Source of the DNA: Podarcis pityusensis
Lineage: Eukaryota
NCBI GenBank assembly: GCA_964106645.2
Contig: OZ067043.1
Reading direction: 5' to 3' (one strand)
Length of the DNA: 64,000 nucleotides
Made by a program: the position numbers and the translations under genes. Of the stretch, positions 11,813-21,718 are shown piece after piece. The notes under the pieces were generated by a model. It was not told the origin of the DNA. It saw only the letters and a list, made by a program, of their open reading frames with translations, and made no database searches. The first letter of the stretch is position 1, and every line of letters starts with the position of its first letter.

Positions 11813-12632
11813 ATGCTTGGCAGCGGCGGCGGCGGCAACAGCAACGACGTCAGGAGGCTGCAGCGCGACGCGGAGCTGAGCGGCGACGAAGGGCCCGAGG
11901 AGGCGCTGAGGGGCTACAAGAAGCAGGCGTCGTCGTCGTCGTCGGGCGACGGCAGCAACAAGGCCATGATGCAGAAGCGCGGCAGCGCCAAGGGCCCCGG
12001 CGGCGTGGCGGCGCCCAAGGCGCCGGCCGAGCTGAAGGTCTTCAAGGCCGGCAGCGTGGAGGGCCGAGGGCCGCTGGCCTCGAACCTGCGCAAGCAGAAG
12101 TCGCTCACCAACCTGTCCTTCCTGACGGACAGCGAGAAGAAGATGCAGCTGTACGAGCCCAAGTGGAGCGACGACATGGCCAAGGCGGCCAAGGGCTTCG
12201 GCGGCCGGAGCCTCAAAGGCGGCAAGGAGGCGCCGCCGCTCATGTCCAAGAACCTCTCGCGCTCCGAGCACTCGCTCTTCCAGGCCAAGCTGGCGCCCCC
12301 GGCCGCCGGCAACAAGCCTCCGCCGCCGCTGGCGCCGCTGCCCTCCAACCTGGGCAAGCCCAGCCGCATCCCGCGAGGGCCCTACGCCGAGGTCAAGCCC
12401 CTCAGCAAGGCGCCCGAGGCCGGCAGCGGCAGCGACGACCTCAAGTCGGACGACGAGATCCTCTCCAGCAAAGGCAAGGCGGCGCAGCAACAGAAGCAGC
12501 AGCAGCAAGCGGCCCCCCAGCCTGCCGGGAAAGGGGCGCCGGCGGAGGAGAAGGCTTTCCTGAAGGTGGATCCCGAGCTGGTGGTCACCGTGCTGGGCGA
12601 TCTGGAGCAGCTGCTCTTCAGCCAGATGCTCG
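11813..12632 (+). CDS. NAV1: Neuron navigator 1, large 5' coding exon (partial CDS: 273 codons + 1 nt, phase-1 donor)
   Basis: Translation contains AELKVFKAGSVE, ASNLRKQKSLTNLSFLTDSEKKMQLYEPKWSDDMAKA, LSRSEHSLFQAK, LGKPSRIPRGPYAEVKPLSKAPEA and FLKVDPELVVTVLGDLEQLLFSQML, which match the vertebrate NAV1 N-terminus as I recall it (starts MLGS). ATG context is aagATGc (-3 A). The exon ends ATG CTC G|GTGAGT, a consensus donor at 12633, where the D of MLDPESQ would be split. The ORF-track sequence beyond 12632 is intron read-through. Confidence 0.95.
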
Positions 12633-14503
12633 GTGAGTCCGTCTCTGCCGTCCCTCCCTCCCTCCCTTCCCATGGATGGATGGATGGATGGATAGCTGCC
12701 TTGCTCGGTGAAGGTTATTGGGGAGACTTGAGTGGGAGGAGGAATGAGCGTCCCTTCCCCAGAGGACAGGTGTCAGCCGGCGCTCTTGGTTTTGGGGTGC
12801 CTGCACGGATTGGAGGGTGACCCTCCGCAGGCTTTCCTGCTCTCTTTGCAGAGGGATGCGGTGTAGCGTTTGACTGCCTTGCCTTGTAGGGTGCAAGGGG
12901 ATTTTTAAGTGTGAGGAGTAATCAAGTTCGGCTCCAAAGTAGACCACTTCAGCCTGCTTATTTTATAACTGTAAGCACTCCGGGAGGCTTTCCTATCACC
13001 TTCTTAATTCATTCATTTATTTTTGGTTTATCCCTTGAGTATAGCAAATAGGCTGTCTTTCACATCATCCCTGCCCTCCACCCAGAAAAACCCTCCAGGC
13101 TCCCTCCAAAAGAGGCATCTCAAACCTAATTGAGCCAGCATACTAATAAATGTTTGTTAAAATCCCCCAGTTTTCTGTGCAAAGGTGAAACAGGTAGCAG
13201 AAGTGGGCAGGAGGGAAGATAAATTTGATTCTGGTTCTTTTTTTCTTTTTCTTTTGCTCAAGACATCCAGGTTAAGGGAAAGCAAGGGAAAGAGAAGCAT
13301 TATTATTATAATATATTATAATAATTAAAAGGTCTATTGCTGCATATGCAGCTATGCCATGCGAGCATCCTTATGGCAAACCTGTGAAGGAGGTATGTGT
13401 GCATGAGAGAGAGAAGCAGAAATTGTGACTGCAACATGGGCTGTCATCCATGGAGCTGAGGCAGCAAGGACTGTGAGATGCTGCAAGACAGCTGGATTGC
13501 AGGCTGTGTCTGCATTTCCCATAAGGGGGTGTGCACACAGGGCACAGAATGAGCCGTCATTGCCTTCTGGTTGCTGTTGGTGAAAGAGGGGAGTGGTCGC
13601 TAACACAGCTCCCGTGCCAGCTGCAGCTGAAATGAAAACCTGCAACATGACAGTGGGGTACATGGCAGTGAGGAAGGAAGGTTGTGTCAGTGCCTCCAGA
13701 ACAGACAGAGAGGAGTAGACCCTGTTTGGTTACTAGGGAGATCTGCATAGGAGCAGCAGTTGCTAGCGCTTCAGTTCTGCTCTTGCTCTACTCCACCTGG
13801 AATCTCTCTATTCGAGACACCCGCCCAGGAATGGCTGCTTTGCAGATGTCATAGGCTTAAGCGTAAGGGAATACATAGCAGCACCTCCTAAGCACCAACA
13901 ATTTGGTTTCCATGCAACGGCTCAGCTCATAATGATCAATCACTACGGAATACAAAATTCCCTGTTCCTCTCCTGCCTTGTAAATGCTTCTGTAACTGAA
14001 CAGCAGGAAGATAATTCAAACAGAAGCTTCTGCATTTAGGAACAGAAAGTCGGGAATGATGGGCACTAGGTTGGCGCTTTTAGAAACTTAGGATGGTTTG
14101 AATTGCCTTCAAATGCTGCCTATATCTTGCCTCACCCTTTGCATTGACTGCAATTGATGCTACTGGCTGAACTAAGCACAAGGCATAGATTCAGGTGCCA
14201 ACAGCACTATCTATGTGGGATGGCAGACCAGAGCTGTAATTTGAGGTTGCAGGAGCATAAGCAGGGGAGTGGTTATGGAGGAGGAGACTGGTAATTAGAA
14301 GCTGTGGAATGGGAGATAGGGAACTCAGTGCTGGAATAAGGAGCTATGGGGTTGGGGCTGAAGGACTTTATGACAGGTAGAACATGGGTCTAGAATGTGG
14401 GTAGGACTCAACTGGAGTCCCAACAGCACTGTAGGGCCTGCTGCTGATTGAGGGTGGTAAATGGAATATGTGTAATTAGGGCACTGTTACACATGATAGC
14501 GAA

Positions 14504-14700
14504 GAAAGGGCAGTACCTTAGCGAAAGAGCACACACTTCGTATGTGAAAGGTCTCGGGTTCAACCCTTTGCATCTCCAAATAGAGCTGGGGGAAAAACTC
14601 CACCTGAAAGCCCCAGAGAATTGCTGCCACTGAATATTGACAATACTGAGCTAGATGGATGACTGCCCTTTCTGTAAGAAGGCAGCTTCCTGTTTTTCCT
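14504..14700 (+). mobile_element. tRNA-derived SINE (Squam3-like), diverged near full-length copy
   Basis: Head with B box GGGTTCAACCC; body CTGAAAGCCCCAGAGAATTGCTGCCA...GACAATACTGAGCTAGATGGA; end AAGGCAGCTTCCTGTTTTTCCT. Confidence 0.75.
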
Positions 14701-16399
14701 AAATGGAGACAATATCTCTGTAGGAAAACAGTTTATGCTTGGGTGTGTACCCCATCACATTTGAAGATGGTGTGACAATATTCATGGCAAAATAATATTT
14801 GTGCCATTTTGAAAAATGACAGTGTGCTATCTTTGTGCAGGGAAAACTATGATTTACCAGGTAATGCTGGAGCGAGGGTGGAAAGGGAATGCAGAGCCAG
14901 CATAGAATGTAAAGATTTGTATAGGAGTTACTGGGCATTGACAGAACTGGGGAGAGTACCATGCAAGGCTGGTGTAGCAAATATAACTGGGCATTAGAAT
15001 GGGTAGGATTGGCAAATTCATGGAAGGGAATGACGGGGAGGACTGCCATTTGGGAATTACAAGTCTGTAAATCCATAGAGTGAAACTTCTGTGTAGTGTA
15101 TCCCCCATCCCGCACTTGGCTGTAGCAAAGACCAAGTTTTTTGGTTTGCAAATGAATATGTTTTTTTAAAAATCACAACAAAATGTGATATAGGAATTAG
15201 AGGCTTGGTTTTGCTTGTCCAGTGGGGTATAGAAGAAGCAGGTTGCTCAGCAGCTGGTTTGTGTTTCTAGTGGAAACACTTGGGCTTCCATTTCTCCAAA
15301 GCTCCCTCCAGAAAGGAAATCACACTGCAGTCTTGGCTGATAATTGACCTGCTCCTCTCCCCTCTATTCCAAGGAAGACGTAGCTTGTAAAAGCTGAACA
15401 GTGTGTAAGAACTAGTTGGACTAGGAAAAAAAGACAATTGAATAATGAAACCTGCTTTCTGCCCCTTCCTTGCACCTCCTCCTATTGTCTCATTATTGTA
15501 TCATATAGAAACATGTGCACTTAGTTCCCATTTTGTAAAATGAAGAATTTGGAGCTTACCTTGATCTTCAGATTCTTCATTCTGTTTACCCCCCCCCCAA
15601 CAGCCACCCACCCACCACCACCACCACCAACACCTGGAGCATCCTGAGCACATGTTGAATTACCTTCCATTCTTGAGCTGGATGAAGAGAGGGGAAGGTT
15701 ACAGGAAAGTCCTAAGAATATATAAAGAGCTGTACTCTATCAGATGAGATGTATGTTTAACCCAATGCCTGCCCCTGCCAGATTTGAATGCTTCAGTTAA
15801 GTTATAATTGCATGGGGTTACAACAGAGTAGTGAATTCCTTTTGCTTGTAATCTTGGAAGCATAATGCTAGGGACACCCTGAATTTGAACTTCCTATATC
15901 TGTCTTCCATCAAATTACCTAGTTCTTGGATTAAGTTATACTGCTGGCAGAGAGTCCAATGTGAGCCGTGAGAAAAATATTTACTCTTGTTTTTGCTGTG
16001 TCTTGTTGAAAGAGCAGAAAACCTCTGTCTGTCCTCTTGTTATTTTGCATATATTATTTATCCCTTATTTGGGATCCCATTTTTTTAGGTTGAAGCTTTA
16101 TTTTTTTATATTTTTTATTGCTTTACTTTGCATAAAAGGAATCCTGTTCCTGGTAACCTTTGTTGCTCCTGTTTGTCTTTTCTAGCTTTCTCTATGTAAT
16201 ATAGCCAGGACTGCTTAAAAAGTGCAGTACCATATTTTTTAAAAAATCTTTAAAAAAAATAATTCATCACATTCTGTTTGTCTTTTTGGTGACTGTAGCA
16301 CATCAGTGCTGCCATTTTCAGAAAGCTCTCTGTAGCAGTTTAAGGATCGCTTAAATGAATAGCAATAGCTAAATTGATCCTGTGCGCAACCTTGTTGGG

Positions 16400-16810
16400 T
16401 GTTACTTTTCCTTAATGTATGTGTAACTCAGCATCTACCATCACTGAAATTTATTTGCCATTTTGTTGTGCATCCCTGTAGTGCTAGGGGAACCTGCTGA
16501 AACTCTTCACAGTGTGCTTATGATTAAGCTACTTTTAATTATTTGTCATTATATGCAGATCTGTTCACACCTTTTTCCAGGTTGTTAATGAATACTTAGC
16601 AAGAGCAAGTTCCCATGCAGATCCTTGGAGACACCTCATTGTACACCTCTTTTCACTGAGATAACAGCCCATAAATTCATTCTCATTCCTTTATTTATCC
16701 AGCTGAATGATCCAGAAAAAGACACTCCACTTTATCCTGTGACTGTTAAGGTTTTTGGGAAACTTTTGTGAGGGGACCCCATCAAAGGCTTTTTTGGAAA
16801 TCAAAGAAGG
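16400..16810 (-). mobile_element. Degraded CR1 LINE reverse-transcriptase fragment
   Basis: The reverse strand gives frameshifted motifs in the correct order: FDFQK/AFDGVP (~16770-16805), GV-QGS (~16615-16637), SAYNDK for FADDTK (~16542-16560) and KWQINF for WQMxFN (~16446-16464). Confidence 0.75.
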
Positions 16811-17035
16811 GTTAACCTTATCTACATTTTTTTTTGCAAGATGACCTCAATTTCTATTTGGTTAATGAGGTCTGATTCAGTGTAACACATCTCATGCCAG
16901 CAGCTAGAGATTCCCTTTGTAAGAAAAATAACAACCTGGTTTTCCATGGATGCTTGGGGTGGAAGAAGATAAGAGATAATTACAGAGCAGGATTGGGGAA
17001 TTATAGTTCCCACCATGTCTGACCATTAGTCTTGC

Positions 17036-17195
17036 CATGGGCATAACCAGGGGGGTGCAGGGGACAGCTGCCCCCCTAAATCAAGTAAATAAATAAAAAT
17101 ACTTAACTAATTGACTAATTGCATTGCAGTTAACTTGGTTCTGTCCCCCCAATATAAAGCCTGCTCCCCTAAAATAAATCCTGGTCACACCCATG
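17036..17195. mobile_element. hAT-type MITE nested in a palindromic MITE (host ~17000-17260)
   Basis: TIRs CATGGGCATAACCAGG / CCTGGTCACACCCATG; 8-bp TSD AGTCTTGC (17028-17035) / AGCCTTGC (17196-17203). Same family as 28180-28325, in opposite orientation. Confidence 0.85.
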
Positions 17196-19289
17196 AGCCT
17201 TGCTTGCTGGTGCTGATGGGAACTGGAGTCAGACAACATCTGGAGGACCACAGGTTCTAGGCTTTTTCTCAATTTCTCTGTTGCAATCAATGTTCTGATG
17301 TAGATTGTTATTGCTCGCAGGTTATTTTGCACCTTCACTCCTTTTCATAATTCTCAGTGCTTCATTTCCTTGCCCATCCGTGTTTCAGTATTATTCTTCC
17401 TTCATTTTAGCACTTCCTCCTCCTAGTACTCTGAGCAGCTCGCAAGCTGTGCTCAGTACTGATTGTGCACTTGGGTTCTAGGTATGTGTCCTACCACATA
17501 CGGTAGTTTCTCTTTGGGAATGGCTAGTAGCTTGGAACATGAAAAGTTAGACAATCCCCTCCTTTCCCCTTAAAATAAAGGAAGAAATAGCATGTCTCTT
17601 GGTGCAGATCACTGCATACATGATATGTGCTATGTCAGCATAAAAAAGGGAGTGAAATTCCCTCATAGGAGCAGAGGAAATCATAATGAGGGACACCCTG
17701 GGATGTTTGCCTGGACTAACACAAAAGATATCCAGGAAGTTAAATGCCTCTTCAATGAGGTTTTAATGTCAGTTCAAAGAAATCTAGACATAGGACTCCA
17801 GTGAGAACTCAGAATGAAGTGCAGATTGCATCATCTGTTTCTGGTATATCCGGGTACTTATTGGGTTAAAAATAGCTGTTGCAGGTGTATCCTTGGCATC
17901 AATTAGCCAGTGACTCATTTTGTATATAACCATGGTCAAGCTGCTGCTATCAATGGACTACATTTCCCTTTGAAAGTGAAGAAGCACATTATACACTGAA
18001 ATATCAGCATGAATACAACTATGGATTTTGACTTGTGGGCCTCATTCTTTCCCTAGTCTTTCAGCATGTTAATGGCACCACATGCCAGTCAAGCACATGC
18101 CATTTGAGCAATCCCAGTGAGTTTTCAAATATGTTAGCAATATAAAGTCTGGAAATTGAAGAAATTTCTATACTTCATAGGAAGCTTGGTCACCAGGGAT
18201 GCAGTTAAGAATGCTTTCCACCTTGCAGCAAAATCGTTAACACACTATCAGTCATGATGGACACTATGCTCTGCCACCATGTATGCTTCTGAATACCAGT
18301 TTCTGGAAACTGGCGGGGAACAAACTAACCAACCAATCATTTTATTTGTATGCTGTGTTTCCAAAGTTGAAACCATGCTCAAGGTGGCTTGCAACAATTA
18401 AAAAATTACAAACAACCAAAAGTAGTCATAAACAATAAATAAAACATCACAATGTACAAAACCAAGTCAAACAATTTCCATGTAAATCACAATAAGATCT
18501 AAAATAAAGATTAAAAAATAATATCAGTAACAGCAACAACCCTCCCGATACCCCAGCCCAAGAGTCTATTCAGCAGTCCTGACTTTTGCAGCTGGAGCCA
18601 GTCAGGGCCCCACCCTCCCAGTCCCTGTGAAAAAAGGCTTGCAAGGCAGGGAGCAGGTCTTCCAGGACTCACAGCCACCTAGGGGTCTGCATGTGGCTGG
18701 GATTCTTGCAAAGAATGCAACAGTAAGTGTACTACAGTCTGATTCTGCAAGGCACTTCTTATTTTTCTAAGCAGGTGTTTGTGCCCAGGATTACTTAACA
18801 ATGGTTAGTAAATGTTTTAACTGTTAAGAGAACCTGGGTATGCACTTTCTCTTTGTTAATTTAAGACCCACTGGTGAATTATAGGGATTCCAGTAATTCA
18901 AAAAGTCAAAAGCAAATGAAAAACTGGTCAATGTCAATAAAGAACCCACAATTTCAGTCATGCTGTGTTCCTAAGTATTTTTTGCTATCTGCTTCAGTGT
19001 GTGTGTTGTATGGAGAGAGTATCCCTGTGAAAGTTCACAGACATGGATACTCCAGGAGGAGATTGTGGCCAACAATTATCTGCTGGGTGGAGATACTGGC
19101 AGGGAGAGGAGTTGCTTTGTCTTTGGTTTGGACAGTAAAACTGTGAAAGCCATTACTTTGGAAGGAAGGTTAGGATATTAAATACATATATACACACTTT
19201 TAGGACAGCTGCACCCCCTGTAATGAAATCAGAGGCAAGAATGTTCATCTGAGGCTAGCAGTGCATAAATTACATCCATTCCATTTTCT

Positions 19290-19538
19290 CAGGTGTCAGC
19301 AAACCTTTTCAGCAGGGAGCTGGTCCACTGTCCCTCAGACCTTGTGGGGGCTGGACTATATTTTTTTTGGGGGGGTGAACGAATTCCTATGCCCCACAAA
19401 TAACCCAGAGATGCATTTTAAATAAAAGGGCACATTCTACTCATGTAAAAACACGCTGATTCCTGGACCGTCCATGGGCCGGATTTAGAAGGCAATTGGG
19501 CCGGATCTGGCCCCCGGGCCTTAGTTTGCCTACCCATG
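19290..19538. mobile_element. hAT (Charlie-like) MITE
   Basis: TIRs CAGGTGTCAGCAAAC / GTTTGCCTACCCATG; subterminal GGGCCGGAT repeats; 8-bp TSD CATTTTCT (19282-19289) / CATTATCT (19539-19546). Confidence 0.85.
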
Positions 19539-20774
19539 CATTATCTCCTTAAGACCTCCCATTCCTTGCTCATGTCAATTCTATTGGGTATCAAATTCCA
19601 TTCTATATTGACCTTGTTGGATATGGCCTGTTGGGGCTTTGTTTGCAAGTTCTTCATCCGTTCTCTAGTAACCTGAGATTTCCACACCATTTAACTCACT
19701 GACTTCCCAACTCTCAGAAGATTTTCTCCCAGTCTGTTTGCTTTTCTTTGTCTTTAATTTCTCTCTTAACTATTAGGTTTCTCCTTATGTCATTCTTTGC
19801 TGTGACATGGGACTGATCCAACTCTTAGTATTTTCCGCCCCAACTGGATCCTAAGCTTGCTTTCTCAGAAGTTAAATGGGTTCATAGTTTTGCTGTTGCA
19901 TTGTGTTTGGGACTCTACAGACCATTAGAGGTAGCACATGCCTTGCCCAAAGAGCTCATTATTTTGCATCTTGATTGTACTTGAAATAAAGCTCTTGCTA
20001 TTTGATTTCAGTGGAATTTGCACCAGTGTAATGGTTTCTGGATTGGGCTGTAAAGTTTGGACCTTGTTGGCTCATGGAGCTGTCAAAAGATGGTACATCC
20101 ATAGCAGGAAACTAAGACACCTTGTTGTTATAAACATCTGAAAATGAGACATTGATAGGTCAATTGACCAAAACCTGGAACATGTATTATGTTGTGTTCA
20201 GATGCTGAGGAACGTGTGCCAATTACTTTAAGAGAAAATATATTCTAAGAGGAGCAGATGTTCAAAACTATCAGAGCAGGGAGCTGTAAATATAAACATG
20301 GCTGTGGCTTGGTTAGAGGGGGCTTGGCCACTCCTCCACATATTTTAACCATCCTGAGATTAGGAGAAGGAGGGCTGCAAGTATCTATGCTTGCATAATT
20401 ATTGCTATCACTCAATAATAGTCAAGACTTTGTAAAGAACATGTGCAAGCTTTGCTGTAGGAATCTGTCTTCATATTTTGGTAGGGATCTCTAGAGGTTC
20501 TTGCAGCAGAAACATCTGTTTTTGTAGTGACTATTTTCAACATACAAATTATATATTGCATGTCTGCTAAAGGCTGAGTTGTAAAAGCTTGTGGTATATG
20601 GGTTTGGTAGTTACATAGACAACAGATTGGTGAAGGAAGGTCAGAGCTGTAAAGGAACTGCATAAAAGGAAAACCTCTGTGTTCCTGTACCCTCAAGTAG
20701 GGCCACAAGTACACATATTTATGTGAATGCAAAATAGGTAACAATTATGCTTTCAATCCAGCATCTTTTGTACA

Positions 20775-20925
20775 AGAACCAATGTAGTTTAATGGTTTAC
20801 ATGGTGAACCAGGCCTGGGAGGTCCTGGGTTCAAATCACCCCTCAGCCATGAATATATCACTTGAGTGGCTTTGGGCATGCTACACTTTTTCAGGCTGAC
20901 TGACCTCCCAGGGTGGTTGTGAGAC
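20775..20925 (+). mobile_element. tRNA/CORE-type SINE, diverged
   Basis: B box GGGTTCAAATC followed by cagccatga...gtggctttgggc...acctcccagggtggttgtgag; related to minus-strand copies at ~23140-23260 and 50715-50928. Confidence 0.65.
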
Positions 20926-21577
20926 AATTTTCAGTTTTTGTGCAGACTTTGAAATCAAACACAATTCTTTAGCTATTTATTTCTTAAAAAAACAAACCAG
21001 ACTGAACTGATTGCATTACATACTGGTATCTAATCTAGCTAACTGACTGTTCCAAGGGCAAAACAGGCTTACTTTAACTCACACATGCATGCACACGCAT
21101 GCATTTCAGGGACTTGAGCACATCTTGTTGAGCACTTTACCTGTCACAACAACCTCTGTCAAGATAATTCCATCAACAGTTATTCACCAGGAAAACTAAA
21201 TGGAACCTCCAGGAGGAATTCAGTGTTGCGCGATGCTGATCATTCCATCAGCGGAAGCATTACAGCTTGCCAGATGGGAACGATCCCTCTCTCCTCTCTC
21301 ACATGCTGTTCTGGGGCTTCTCTTCACCCCCCCCAGCCATTTTTTTTTTGGGGGGGAGCCCCATTGCATAAGCAGAAATCTTTGCACTAGCTTCCATTGA
21401 TGGGACTCATCATGTGAGTCCTGCTCATCTTGTTCAGGTGTAGCATACATCCAACAGCAGGTGTTTGGACAAACAGGAGGGCTGTTGCTTTAAAGGCCTG
21501 CGTGTGAGCTTCTCAGAAGCTTTGGTTGGCCACTGTTGGAAACAGAATCGAGGACTTGATAGCTCTTTGATCAACGT

Positions 21578-21718
21578 CAACAGTTGGTAGAGCACCATAC
21601 TCTTAATCTCTGGGTTGTGGGTTTGGGCCCCATATTAACCGAAAGATTCCTGCGTTGTAGGGGTTGGACTATATGACCCTCAGGCCCCTTTCCATCTCTC
21701 CGATACTCTGATTCTATT
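21578..21718 (+). mobile_element. SINE with tRNA-Lys(CTT)-like head and CR1-type 3' tail, inserted in an older LINE 3'-end fragment (~21455-21740)
   Basis: cagttggtagagcaccatactcttaatctctgggttgtgggtttgggcccca (tRNA-Lys-like), then attcctgcgttgtaggggttggactatatgaccctc...ctgattctat (CR1 3' end). Confidence 0.7.

Larger units (their letters stand above)
11160..12820. promoter_or_regulatory. CpG island / NAV1 promoter and first-exon region
   Basis: Abrupt rise in GC and CpG density against CpG-depleted flanks. Contains TGCGCGCGCA (11278-11287, NRF1-like palindrome), CTCGCGCGCGTCTCGCG (~11371-11387), a (GC)n run (~11548-11560) and a GC box GGGGCGGGG (~11562-11570). No TATA box seen. Confidence 0.85.

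Noticed and set aside
11599-12636. 345-aa alternative-frame ORF overlapping the NAV1 exon
   Set aside because: No ATG in the frame, Arg/Gly/Ala/Gln-rich composition and no recognisable homology; expected shadow of high-GC3 coding sequence in a CpG island.
11329-12673. Antisense ORFs (297, 171 and 151 aa) across the CpG island
   Set aside because: Stop-poor GC-rich antisense shadows of NAV1 codons and of the pyrimidine tract.
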